DNA of 64,000 nucleotides from contig OX597835.1 in the NCBI GenBank assembly GCA_951406725.2, forward strand, positions 23,932,001 to 23,996,000. The letters run 5' to 3'. The stretch's first letter is position 1; each line of letters starts with the position of its first letter. Shown piece by piece: positions 11,961-24,750 of this stretch. Below the pieces are notes generated by a model. The model saw only the letters and a program-made list of their open reading frames with translations, was not told the origin of the DNA and did no database searches. A program made the translations under genes and the position numbers. The DNA is from Octopus vulgaris. Taxonomy: Eukaryota.

Positions 11961-12684
11961 AATCAAGCTGGAAGCTCTTGATTACAGGTGTACAGAAGCT
12001 CTTGATTACAGGTGTACAGGATCAGGGCTGATCCAGAGTTAAACACCACCACCACCACTATCACCATGACTGTTCTACATGATCATTCATCCTGCTAGAA
12101 ATGGCAACCAAATCAATATCATATGGATAGAAGGACACTGGATAATGAAGTCTTGGGTTCATTGTCATCATCATTTTTTAACATCCATTTTCCATGTTGT
12201 CAGAAGCTGGCAAGGACAAGGGCCATGCCAGGTTCCATTGTCTGTTTTGTCTTAGCTTCTACAGCTGGATACCCTTCCAAATACCAAACGCTTTACTGAG
12301 TGTATTGTGTGCTTTTTATGTGGCACCATCACTAGTGATTTTTATGTAGGACAAAAACCAGTGCTTTTTTTCCTTACATGCACCAGCATGCTTTTGAAAA
12401 TAGATGGGATGGTCACAGCTGGAATATTTTTGATTTGCTTGATCAAGGCTGTCCCAGGGTTAATAACGGCAACAGAAACAACTAAAATGAGAACACAAAC
12501 AAACAACAACAAAGAAATAATCAGATAAGGAAAGATCAATTATTGTATTGGTATTGAATGTGTAAGTAAGTAGATTTATTGATTACGTTGGATGATGCGA
12601 ACACAAATTTGGGAGTTGGGGAGAGGAGAAGAAAAATCGATGTATCATAAATCTTGGATAGAGCTAATATTTGGTCAGATTCCT

Positions 12685-14150
12685 CTCATCCACATCCTGC
12701 AAATCACCATCATTATCATTGTCATTATCACCAACAATAAGAACATCAATATAAACATTATCACTACCATCAGCATTATCGTTATTTTAACTAGAATCAT
12801 CACCAACAAGATCAACATTATCATTATCACCACAACTATTGAATTCACCACCAACATCATCGCAACCGAGACCAACATTATTAACACAAATAAACATTAT
12901 CATTGTCATCAACATTATCATTACTTTGATTAGAATCATCACCAGAAAGATCAACATTATTGTTATTACCATTAAGGTTACTATCTGCATCGTTGCAATC
13001 AAAACCAACATTATTACCATGGTCAATGTTATTATCAACACCAACATTATCAGCAAGGATGGCACGTATGAATAACGAAGCCACCTTGACTATGATTCTA
13101 TGAACCGTAAAAATTAATACAGAGAGTTGCTTATTTGCCAAAAAAAAAAAAAAGAAATATAACATGTGACTTCATTGACCGAGGTTACCGTGGTCTTTTC
13201 CGTAGGCTTTTCCTTCCACGGGTAAACCTCACCTGTCTCCCCTTTACACTTCATATTGACATTTCTGTGATTACGATCCCTATTGATCAATTTTTTTTTT
13301 GCTCTCCCTGTTTCTTTCCCCCCCCCCTTTTTTTAAATCCTCCCCTTTTTTTGTCCTCTTTCTTTCCTTTTACGATCCTTTTTGATCGAAAACCAACCCC
13401 CTTTTTTTTTACCCCCAAAAGAAAAGCTCTACCTTGTAATTTGTTCTGTTTGTGTGCAGCCCTGTGTGGCTAATAAAGAAACATATCATTACCACAACTA
13501 TAATAATCACCAGGAAGATCAACAATATTATTATTACGATATCCATTAAGGTCAGCATCAACGTCACTATCAAGACCAATATTATTAATCATGACCAACA
13601 CCATTATCAACACCAATAAACATTATCAGTACCATTACTATAATAATCACCAGTGAGATCAACATTATCATTATCACCATAACCATACAGGCACCAACAC
13701 CAGTGTCACAATCAAGATCAACATTATCACACCACTGACATTTTCACCACCACCAGTACTATCACTAGCAAACATTACCATCACCGACATAAACATTATC
13801 ACCATTACCAACATAAACATTATTCTCACCATCAACAATATCATCATCATGAAGATCCTGTTATTGTGTTCACCACTGTCCCTTTCCTCACAGTCAACAT
13901 TATCATCACCATCAAGATCAACGTTGTTGTTATCACCATCACCATTATTATCATCACCAGCATTAACATTATTGCCAACATTATCACAACCAACAACATT
14001 ATCACCATCAAAAATCAATATTGCTGTAATCACCATCACTATTGTTATCAACATTATCATCAGCACCAATATTATCATCACTACCAACATTATCATTATC
14101 AAAAAACATTATCACCTCCATCAAAATCAACATTATCATTGTCATCGTTT
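12685..14150. repeat. Degenerate (ATC)/(ACC)/(ATT) trinucleotide low-complexity tract
   Basis: Directly visible; source of the I/T-rich pseudo-ORFs. Confidence 0.9.
13052..13483 (+). mobile_element. 5'-truncated LINE 3' end (L1/Tx1-like) inside the ATC tract
   Basis: Abrupt composition change; ORF end ARMARMNNEATLTMIL*, pyrimidine-rich 3'UTR, terminal gccctgtgtggctaataaagaaa; clade assignment is inferred. Confidence 0.55.
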
Positions 14151-14504
14151 ATTCTGTACTTATGGCAGCATTCAGCTGGGATTTGTTGAGACAGCTCTGA
14201 CTAATGAGTTATATTCAGAGTTTCAGTGGAAATACAAGTTCACACGTGGCCCCTGGTCACATGCATAGCACAATCCCATATCAACACATTTTTCTGTTGA
14301 TTATTGACCATCACAGAGAATTCATTGACCAAGTCATCGCTAATTATCGGATTAGATGCAGCCTGGGTTTGAACTGGGTTCTAGAGACATACATTAATAA
14401 AAGCTAAGGGGGCCCTCACTACCAGTGGTCTTCCAGTACACCGGACACCAACCCAGCATTTCTGGGGCCTGTACTATTGCTAGATAGTCATTAAGCCTCT
14501 AAGT

Positions 14505-14751
14505 GGAGGTGCATGGCTTAATAGTTAGTGTGTTGGACTCATGATCGTAAGATTGTGGTTTCAATTCCTGCACTGGGTGATGTGATGTGTTCTTGAGCAA
14601 AACCCTTCATTTCACATTGCTGCAGTTCACTCAGCTGGCAAAAATGAGTAACCCTGCAAGGGATTGGCGTCCCATCCAGAATGCATATAAGCTATGGAAA
14701 CTGGGAAACCGGCCCTTATGAGTCAATATGACTCGAGAAGGTAACTTTACC
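14505..14751 (+). mobile_element. SINE family D
   Basis: tRNA-like head, ttcttgagcaaaac core, V-domain-like tggcgtcccatccag, tail ggtaactttacc. Confidence 0.85.
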
Positions 14752-15744
14752 TATTGAACTTCTACTAGGTTCATCCATCCTTTTGACAGGTATGGCTTTT
14801 AGTCCTGTGGGGAGTGCTGGTTTAGTCACCAACAATCTGACTATGAAACAGGTTATACTGAATTTTGTATTACCAGTAGCTCTCATGAGATACTCCACAA
14901 GCAATCTGACAGGCCATTATCACCACCACTGTACATTAATCATCAACATCATCATCAGTAACATTATTAACATCAACAATATTTAGTGGTATACTAAACC
15001 TAGCACCCAGTTTAACATCACCACCTGGCCCTTGTGTACAGCCTTTAGCAAGCATTTGGGTCAGATCACTGGTCTGAGATGAGTCCTGCTAAAAACAGCA
15101 ACCAAATCTCTTCAAATCACACCCTACCATCTTAAAAAAAAAAAAAGGACACATTGGATGATGCCAGTTTCTGACATAAACAAAGACAGAATGGTCACGG
15201 ATGGAATGTCAGATCACAGGTCACCTGCATCAGCACTCACCTAGTGCTAAACAACAATGTTGATTTCTGACTTTGGGATGAGGTCACAAATTTTTACACT
15301 TTTAACCCTAGGTCACTGATGAGCCAGCAGACCTATGATGAAATTCATTCCAGTCTTGACCATGTGGTCATCTCATGACTTGTGACTGGCAGCTAGTCAA
15401 CACCGAAAACAGTTATCCTTCCACACGTCATTTTGGTAAGTAGCCTTGCATTGAATGCTGCGTTGAGGTGAAATTTTGTAGACGGTAAGACATGGAAGTG
15501 TGTGTGTGTGTGTGTATGCGTGCGCACATGCGCGCGCGTACACTGGTGGTGATAGGAAAGACATTTAGTTGCAGACATCAAGCCAAATCAGACTGGAACC
15601 TGGTGCAGGTCTTTTGGTTTCTGGCTCTGATCAAACCATCCAACCCATGTCAGCATGAAAAACGGATGATCATGATGACGATGATAATGAAACCAATAAA
15701 ATGTGTACAAGACAACTTCATTATCCTCATCGACCCCTGGTCTT

Positions 15745-15955
15745 CACTGTCTTGAGTTCTTAGACTTGAAAGGCTGGTTACTTTGTTTCCATGGCATATA
15801 TGAGTGACCAAGATCACAACATCCCCACTGAATGAGACACCTGTCCATCTCAGGGCTACACATTTACAGCTGAGTGGAACTGGAATAACATGAAATGAAG
15901 TGACTTGCTCAAGAATGCAATGCACTGCCTGGTCTTGGGATTGAAACCATGACTG
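15745..15955 (-). mobile_element. Degenerate SINE D
   Basis: Reverse complement of the D core. Confidence 0.6.
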
Positions 15956-15959
15956 AATC

Positions 15960-16146
15960 ATTAGCATGCCAAGCAAATTACTTAGCAGCATTTTGTTTGT
16001 CTTTATACTATCAGTTCAAATTGCGCCAAGGTCAACTTTACCTTACATCCTTTTGGGGTTGATAAAATAAGTACCAGTTATACACTGGGGTCAATGTAAT
16101 CAACTTATCCCCTCCCTGAAATTCATTGCCTTGAACCAAATTTTGA
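15960..16146 (+). mobile_element. SINE family E
   Basis: gttcaaatt...ttacatccttttggggttgataaaataagtaccag. Confidence 0.75.
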
Positions 16147-16177
16147 AATTATTATTATTAGTAGTAGTGATGAAAGA

Positions 16178-16472
16178 ACATGGCCTAGTGGTTAGAGCAG
16201 CGAACTCATGGTTGAGGAATCGCGGGTTCGAATCTCAGACTGGGTGATGTGTATGTTTATGAGTGAAACTCTTAAGCTCCACACGGCTCCGGCAGAAGGT
16301 AATGGCGAAACTTCTGCTGACTCTTTCGCCACAACTTTCACTTCCTTTTTCCTCCTGCATCTTGCACCTCACCTGCGACAGACCGGCGTCCCATCCAGGT
16401 GGGGAACCTATACGCCAAGGAAACCGAGAAACTGGCCCTGATGAGCTAGGCATGGCTCGAGAAGGAACAAAC
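16178..16472 (+). mobile_element. SINE with C-type head and D-type tail
   Basis: tggcctagtgg / ggttcgaatc boxes and aagctccacacggctccggcag (C), then gaccggcgtcccatccag..gaaactggccctgatgag (D). Confidence 0.8.
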
Positions 16473-16999
16473 ATTACTAGTAGTAGCAGTCATAGTGGTA
16501 AGAACAACAAGAACAAAAAAACAGTTCTTTAATTGTCTCAAGGTTATGAAGAAAAAGAATAAAGAAAACTTCCCCCTCCCCAACCAAAAATAATAAAACA
16601 TGTAATAAATAAATCTATATTGTATTAATGTAGTTTTGTTTGTTTTTTTTAATGTTTGGAGATAATTGCATCACCGGCACCTCCCGCCGCACCATCCACC
16701 GTTCTCTCTGTTTTGTTTCATTTTCTATTCATCACTTATTATAAACACTCTCGCACTCTACAACTCATCAATATCTCACACGCGCACACACTATCATTTC
16801 TACACACACACACACACACACACACACCAGCTTTGTGATCTTTAATTGTTCTTCCTCTCTTTGACAAAAAATCATAAAGAAAAGAGATTGCGAATATATA
16901 GTATATTTGTGTGTAGGTGTGTGTTTGTGTGTGTGTGTGTGTGCATCCTCTGTGCATACACGCATATATGTAATTTTCAAGCTATTAGCGATAATCGCA

Positions 17000-17902
17000 T
17001 ACACATACATGCAAATATAGATACACAAACACATGTACATATATGTATACTAATGAATAGGAGTGTGTGTGTGTTGTGTGTGTGTATACAAATATACACA
17101 TACGCCCACATACACATATACACACACAAATGCTGATATCAAGCTATTAGTGAAAATCACATACCCTGCATACACACACACAGACATCTATATACACACA
17201 CTAATACATATGTATACATGTGTGTATATTTACATATATGCATACACACAAACATATATATATATATATATATATATATACTCACACATGTATATGTTTA
17301 CATATACACATACATGCAAATATCTACTACACAAATATTTATATGTGCGTCTGTGTGTACATATTAACATTTACATGCTTGTGTGAGTGTGTGTATACAT
17401 ATACATACATATATATATACACACATATATATATACATATACATATATACACATATACATATATATATATACATATATATATATATACATACACATATAC
17501 ATATATATATACACACATATATATATATACATACACATATACATATATATATACACACATATACATATATATATACACACATATACATATATATATACAC
17601 ACATATACATATATATATATACATATATATATACATATATATATATACACATATATATATACACACATATACATATATATATACACATATACATATACAT
17701 ATATATATATATACACATATATATATACACACATATATATATACACATATATATACACACATATATACACACATATATATACACACATATATATACACAC
17801 ATATATATATACACATATATATACACACATATATATACACACATATATACACACATATATATACACACACATATATATATATACACATATATATATATAC
17901 AC

Positions 17903-17935
<33 letters not shown>

Positions 17936-17990
17936 CATACACATATATATATACATATATATATACATATGTAAACACACACACACACTA
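17000..17990. repeat. (TA)n/(TACA)n compound microsatellite
   Basis: Directly visible. Confidence 0.95.
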
Positions 17991-18170
17991 TGAACTCAAT
18001 ATGGAAAACCAGTTTCTATAATCCAACAACACCTTCCCTCCCTCCACCACCCTCACCACAAACATACTCGCTAACCTTTCAAACTCCCACACCACCCACT
18101 ACATCACTCCCCCCCCCCGTATTCCAGCAGCACACCCTACCCCTCCCTTGTGGTTTCTACTGAAAATTAC

Positions 18171-18228
18171 CATTGTCCGTTTTAATGGAGGGCTCACTTT
18201 CTCTCTGCTTCTGCCACCTATTGTTCAT
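18171..18228 (-). CDS. Candidate alternative first coding exon MNNRWQKQRESEPSIKTDN(+G); frame open back to ATG 18363
   Basis: Unique sequence, 19 codons + 1 nt, donor G|GTAATT; same phase and same AAT G| ending as the 8.3-kb exon. Confidence 0.35.
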
Positions 18229-18470
18229 GTAACTTAGTCTCTGGAGGCTTGTTAAGTGGTGATGGTCATGGTTGTGCTGGGTGGCGGTTGTTCCACGGCA
18301 AAGGAGCTTACCAACTGTTTGTTTGTCTATCTCTCCGTCTCTTTCTCTCCTTTCCCCATACATTTCTTTAACTCTCCATATAAACGTGTATATGAATGTG
18401 CGTATATGTATGTATGTATATACATATATATATACATATATATATGCATATATATATATATATATTCATA

Positions 18471-18522
<52 letters not shown>

Positions 18523-18638
18523 TATGTGTGTGTGTGTATGTATGTGCATTCTGGTGGGTGACAAGTTCAAAAGAAGCTATATCCGCCCACTTAGAATAAA
18601 AAAAAAACTGAAAGATAATTCTGAGAGTGAATAAAATA

Positions 18639-18700
18639 TTTAATCCATAATAGTCAGTCCGACAAGGTATATTTTGTCGGACTAATGATTATGGATTAAA
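18639..18700. repeat. 27-bp-arm hairpin
   Basis: tttaatccataatagtcagtccgacaa / ttgtcggactaatgattatggattaaa with an 8-nt loop. Confidence 0.85.
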
Positions 18701-18719
18701 CATAATCAGTATATGTGTG

Positions 18720-19052
18720 TGAAGGTACGTGCTGTAGTGGTTAGGGTGTTGCACTCACAATTGCTAGACCGTGGGTTCAAATCCTGGACCAGACGGTGCT
18801 TTGTGTTCTTCAACAAAACACTTCATTTCAAGTTGATGTTGTCCACTCAACTGTAAGTGGGGAAGGCACATGGCTTATTGGTTAGGGGTGTTGGACTCAT
18901 GATCGTAAGATTGTGGTTTCAATTCCTGGATCAGGTGATGCGTTGTGTTCTTGAGCAAAACACTTCATTTCATGTTGCTCCAGTCCACTCAGCTAGCAAA
19001 AATGAATAAGCTTATGACAGACTGGTGTCCCGTCCAAGTGGGGAGTATATAT
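18720..19052 (+). mobile_element. Two tandem SINE D heads; the second is interrupted by a CR1/L2 fragment (tail resumes ~19540-19580)
   Basis: Two tRNA-like heads, each with the ttctt(g/c)a(g/a)caaaacac core. Confidence 0.8.
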
Positions 19053-19497
19053 CTTCCCTGGGCATGGACACATTGAAACTCCGACGTCTGGCAGCTGACT
19101 TGGCAGACACCCATAAAATTATCAACCATCGCACAAACAATAACTCTGAGCACCTCTTCAAACTCCACCCATCTAACACCCGTGGACATATTTACAAAGT
19201 AAGAAAAATGCACAGCTCCCATGACTTCAGGAAACATTTTTTCACGCTGAGAGTTGCTGAAGCGTGGAACAAACTGCCGGCATCGGTTGTTAGTTGTTGG
19301 AGCACTGCATCCTTCAAGACTTCCATGCTTCCTGAGATTCGCCAACACTACACTTGATTTTCTCCCCTCCATACACACACAATCATGTTCACTTTCCAGA
19401 CATTTCTACATTACTGCATGTACTTTATATGCACTTTCTGACAAGTTGTGGTGCACCTGAGCACTGTATACAATAATTTCATTATTTATTTTATTAT
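19053..19497 (+). mobile_element. CR1/L2-group LINE 3' end (ORF2 C-terminus, 3'UTR, (ATT) tail)
   Basis: Intact frame LKLRRLAADL..TRGHIYKV..RKHFFTLRVAEAWNKLPASVV..FKT is the classic CR1/L2 ORF2 terminus. Confidence 0.9.
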
Positions 19498-19701
19498 AAA
19501 GAAAAGACATTGCGAATATATAATATATTTGGGTGTGGGGGCCCTTATGGATTGGTACGACTTGAAAAGGTAACTTTACATTCACCTAACTTTTCTTAGC
19601 TGTAAATGGGTAACCCTATGATGGAATAGCCTTCTGACCAGGTAAATTATTGACTTGCTTACCTAGCCAGTGGGGTGGCATCGTCCAAAAGCTAAAACAA
19701 C

Positions 19702-20176
19702 AATGAATGACCATAGGATTGCACCAAGAAAGTTCCCCTCCGAGGCACAAGGCTTAGCAAGGTTGTTTATGAAAGACCAGCAGTTGCCCCCATGCATAGC
19801 AGTCTCCCCTCTCACACCCTTAAATGTACATAGGGTAAAGGGTAAAGACCCCCTTTGGTCATGAATGACCATAGGATTTCACCTAGAAAGTTCTCCCCCA
19901 AGGCACAAGTCTAGGCAATGTTGTTTATGGAAGACCAGCAGTCACCCCCGTGTATACCAATCTCCCTTCTCCAGGCCACCGATGTTATCCAAAGCAAAGG
20001 TTGAGACAGCTTAGCACCAATGACACTTTAACTCATTTCTCCAGCTGAGTGAACTGGAGCAACATGAAATAAAGTGTCTTGCTCAAGAACACAACACACA
20101 GCCTGATCTGGGAATCAAACTCACTATCTCATGATTGTGAGCCTGACGCTCCAACCACTGAGCCATGTACCTTCAC
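19702..20176 (-). mobile_element. SINE family B with partially duplicated 3' region
   Basis: atgaatgaccataggatt..ccagcag block occurs twice (~19703 and ~19861). Confidence 0.85.
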
Positions 20177-20534
20177 ATAGGTGTGTGCATACCTGTGTGT
20201 CTTCCACCACCACTTGGCAATCAGTGTCAGTTTGTCTATGTCCCTGTAACTTAGTGGTTTGGCAAAAAGAGACTGATATAATGAGTACCATACTTAAAAG
20301 CAAAATAAAGTACTGGAATTGATTTGTTCAACTAAGCCCTTCAAGATAGTCTTCATCATGTTATATATTGTCATCGTCATCCTTGTTTTGATGTCCACTT
20401 TTCCAGGCTTGCGTGGGTCAAACGGGATTTGTTGAAGCAGGTTTTCTATGGCTGGATGCCCTTACTAATAGTAAAACACTAACTTCAGGAAATTAACTGA
20501 CCAACTGGTTACCTTCTCAATCAGGCAAACACAT

Positions 20535-20895
20535 AGGCTGACCTAAAGAAAGGCCTTTGACAGCCTTCTATGCTCCAGTCTGGCGGTCTCTAAGTAATCC
20601 AGGGTGGTGAGTGGCTTGTGAGAAGCATCAAAAGCTATGTACAGAGATGCAGTCAGCAAGGTGAGAATCAGCAACGAGATCTGTGGATATGCAGCTTGGG
20701 TGGGGTCCATCCTAACTAAGTTCTCAGTTCCTCTTGTTTAGTATAGCTGTCCAAGCCTTAATAATTCTCAGCCCCGTCCAGTTTATTGTAATCCCCTAGG
20801 ATATAACGGAAGTGTATAAAACCATTGTTCATAGAAACTCCTGTGGACCAATGATTCCAGTTTTTACAGCTGTATCTACAGAAGATTTAGGAAAG
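20535..20895 (+). pseudogene. Highly decayed RTE reverse transcriptase fragment
   Basis: Frameshifted remnants of DL.KAFD, EWLVR, AMYRDAVSKVR and LSP..FI motifs. Confidence 0.6.
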
Positions 20896-21359
20896 GAATT
20901 TTTTTTCTTTCATAAGAAAGTCCTAAACAAGGTGAGACCCGACTTAGTGTAAGGGACTATGAAGAAGACTTGTTGGGAAGCAGTATTTCATTATGCAACC
21001 CTAATCCATTATGAAATATATTAAATGTTTTTACAAGTCAATATCATGTTCTTCTGTGTTAGCAGTGCTACTACATTACTTGTTAAGGTTGTCTCTATAG
21101 AAATTATAGCCAGCACTGGTTTTTGTTTTAACCTTTTGTACACAAGACATTAGATGAAGGGACAAAAACTCCCGAAATATGGCATATTCGCCCATTACCC
21201 TTTTTTCATCTTTGATCTCATTGTTTGTTTATATCTGATGTCTGGGATACAAAATGCTATAACAAAAATTAGTGTTGGCTATAATTTCTATCGAATTTCT
21301 GCAGAGATAATCTTAACGAACTATGAAAAAGGAGAAATTAAGATGAAGGGAATGAATTT

Positions 21360-21535
21360 ACTTTAGACTTGAATGCATTAGGATGTAAGATGGAGGAAAA
21401 CAATAAGATGGAGGAGAGTCCCAAAGTGTGACTGTTCAAGGAGAAAAAAAAAGCTATGACCATAGGAAAGCTTCCTTATTCATGGAAGTACAACAGCATT
21501 TGGATGAAGATGTTGTGAATTCTGAGTCAGGTGAG
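21360..21535 (-). mobile_element. Decayed CR1/Jockey-group LINE 3' end
   Basis: Remnants resembling SFF.RT..LW..L...FP...NAFKSKV on the minus strand. Confidence 0.4.
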
Positions 21536-21554
21536 ATGGTAAAAATATGATCTG

Positions 21555-21885
21555 GAAGGGTTTAGTCAAACAAATTGATGCCAGAACTTGTTTTCTTAAG
21601 CCCAGTACTTACTTTATTGGTCTCTTTTGCCAAACTACTAAGTTACATGGTTATAAAGAAACCAATACCAGCTGTCAAGCCATGTGCGTGGGAGGAGGTA
21701 TGACAAACACACACAAATATATATGATGGGATTCCACACAGTTACCATCTACCAAATTCATTCACAAGGCATCGGTCAGCCTGGGGGTTATAAGTAGAAG
21801 ACACCTGCACAAGGTTCTGCACAATAGGACTGAACCTGAAACCAGGTGGCTGCAAAGTGAGAGTGTCTTCACCAAACAGCCATTC
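21555..21885 (-). mobile_element. Older SINE A copy
   Basis: Diverged match to A. Confidence 0.75.
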
Positions 21886-23559
21886 TTGTCTCTGGAGTTT
21901 TCCAAGAGTGGATAGGTGCTGCCAACTGAACTGAACCCATTCATGTCTGGATTTGTAAATACATTTAACGAAGATGAGATCTAATTAATAATAACCCTCA
22001 TAAGAACATTTTATTCTCCTTACACTGTTTTTAGTTTCACTTTAATTCCATTTACATCTCGGATGAGTTCTTGGAATATAAATTAACTGCAGTATTTGAC
22101 TGGTACTTTATTTCATCAACTCTTGGAGGGATGGAAAGGAAAAAAAACTGGTCCCAATGTTGTACTATCTGTACCATGCCAATTGCCTGCCTGCATCCAT
22201 GACGACACAAACACACATACACACAAGCTCATACACACATACACCAGCTCGCACATGCGCGTGCACCAGCTCCCACACATGCCAGCTCACACATGCACAC
22301 ACACACATACCAGCTCACACACGCACAGACACACACCACCTCACACATGCGTGCGCGCATGCACACACACACACACCAGCTCAAATAGGCACACACACAC
22401 ACCAGCCCACATACGAACACATTTACAACGAACTCAAATATACAGACACAATCTCTCATAGACAGGCTCTCTCTCTCACTCCTACACAAACATAATACCT
22501 CAGTTTCTCATACATAAGACATAATCTCCAAAGGTAACTTGATAGATCCTCATCAAAGTTTAACAAGTGTTTTACTTAATCAGATGTTGAGTTAATATAC
22601 AAATAAAAACCCTCATAAAATATTCATACAAGCAGATTACATACGCAATATACATAAGTACAAAACACACATAGATATATTGTATTACACTGTGTGCGTG
22701 TGTGTTATATAAAGATAGGTAGAAGTACAATATAGTTTGTTATAGGCAATACATTGTAATTGAGTTTCATGCTTAAGTAAATAATAAATTAAGCAATTGT
22801 CAGACCAGCAAAACTGGATTATTCAAAATATATGAAGTTTACAGTAGAGGCAAGCTGGTACAGAAGCAATATAATGGGCATAATTTCTAACATGAAATTG
22901 AGTTGCTTCCCTTTGGTGATGGGAGAATAGAGAAAATGCAAAAAGGATAATGGTTAAGAGAGAAAGAATAGAAAAGAGAGGGAGAAGCAAAATAAGTCTA
23001 AAAAAAGGAAAATATAAAGAAAATAATTAGGTGGAAAAATTTTTAAATTATGAAGAAAAATAATGCACCTGATACATATAATGTACTAGTTATCTGTCAA
23101 GCTGACTATTACTGCATTTTTGGGCACCCATAGTTTATATTGGGCAGGCAAGAAATACATATAGTTTACATTGTTTACTGTATGAAATCTCTGCATATAT
23201 AGATGCTGGCATACCTGCATGAGCAATAACTTCGCATTGCAACCATGAGGTTGCAGGTTCAGTCCCACTGTGCAGCACCCCTGAGCAGTTGTTTTCTACA
23301 ATAACACTGAGCTGACCAGAGTCTAGTGAGTGAATTTGGTAGAGAGAAACTGTGTGGAAGCCCATAGTATACATATGAAATCTTGAAGTTCTTCCATTTC
23401 TTCATTCAGTTGCCTAAGCCTGAGGAGCTAGGGTCGTGTGGTGAATCAGACTTATTAAATATTAATGTATGTACTCCAACCAAATATGTTCAGTGCCTCT
23501 TTCTTTTGTTTGTTCAATCACTTGTGTGTGTGTGTGTGTGTATAGCCAATTCAAATAAA

Positions 23560-23725
23560 TAAAAAATGAAAAAGATAAATGAGAGGATGTGCACAAGAAA
23601 TGTATTAGCTAGACACTCAGTGAAAGAGGAGAGTTTGATGTTTTGAGCATAGCTCTTCATCAGAAAAGAGAAAGGGAAACGTCCAAAGATGGAGAAGAAA
23701 TTGCCAATGGCACACGAGTAGTTAC
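23560..23725 (-). mobile_element. Penelope-like pLTR fragment with minimal hammerhead motif (23633-23667)
   Basis: Minus: tttt CTGATGA A GAGC tat GCTC AAAAC ATC aaac (GAAAC-GTC after restoring two CpG decays). Confidence 0.6.
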
Positions 23726-24069
23726 ATTGCTGAATTGACCGGAAGTAGAAAGAGATAGAGAAAGTAGTTTTTGGGGGTACAGGAGAGTATGAAGATGGTA
23801 GGAAAGTGTGTGTGTTTGTTTCCACAACTCATTTGACTGCCTGTCATGGCTTGTTTAACAAAGCAGTTCTGGGGTCAATTTGTTCAACTAAATCCTTCAA
23901 GGTGATGTCCTAGAATGCCTACCTCAGTCCAGCAACTGAAACAAATAATAGATAAAAGTGTTTTCTGCAAGTTTCATTAATTTGTTGATGGCAGTAGAGT
24001 TCTGTCTTCTTCCCTGCCAAGAATTTATCTTAGCCTGCTTTACTTTGGCCCTTTTTAATATCAACTTAT

Positions 24070-24735
24070 CCAAGACTGTCCCTGGATCTCTGATACAAAC
24101 TTCCTGTTTTAAAATGATCTAAATTAAAATTTTCCATCAAAATTTCATGTTAAATTATGTTCCAAATGAAGGCGCATGGTTCAGTGGTTAGAGCGTTGGG
24201 CTCACAATCATGAGGTAATGAGTTTGAATTGTAGACCAGGTTGTGTTGTGTTCTTGAGCAAGACACTTTATTTTACATTGCTCCAGTTCACTCAACTGTA
24301 GAAATGAGTTGCCATGTTGTCACAGGTGCCAAGCTGTATTGGCCTTTGCCTTTCTCTTGGATAACAGTGTTGGCATGTAGACAGGAGGCTGGTATGCATG
24401 GGTGACTGAAGGTCTTCCACAAACAACATTGCCTGGACTTGTGCCTTGGAGGGGAACTTTCTAGGTGCAACCCCATGGTCATTCATGACCAAAGGGGGTT
24501 TTTACCTTTTATGTTCCAAACACCAGTTTAATAATAACAAAGTTATTTTAGTAAATCCTTCATTATTTCCTAAGTTAATTGAAACAATGCAGTATATTTC
24601 AGTAGAAATATGGTCACAAAAGGGTTAAAGTGATCAAAATTAAAATCGTCCATCAAAATTCTTCATTATTATTGTAAATTGATTGAAACTATGGCAGAGT
24701 ATTTCAAATGAAATATAGCAACAAAATAGTTAAAA
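24070..24735 (+). mobile_element. piggyBac-like MITE interrupted by SINE B
   Basis: Right end aaagggTTAA at ~24620-24628; sister copy at 28150-28345. Confidence 0.55.
24167..24508 (+). mobile_element. SINE family B, full length with 12-bp TSD
   Basis: TSD ttatgttccaaa at 24155-24166 and 24509-24520. Confidence 0.92.
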
Positions 24736-24750
24736 CCTCTTGATTTAAAG

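Noticed and set aside
11971-12018. Exact 24-bp tandem duplication
   Set aside because: Only two units with no spacer; ordinary slippage, not CRISPR-like
12685-14150. Hydrophobic I/V/M-rich ORFs as membrane proteins
   Set aside because: Degenerate ATC/ACC trinucleotide repeat
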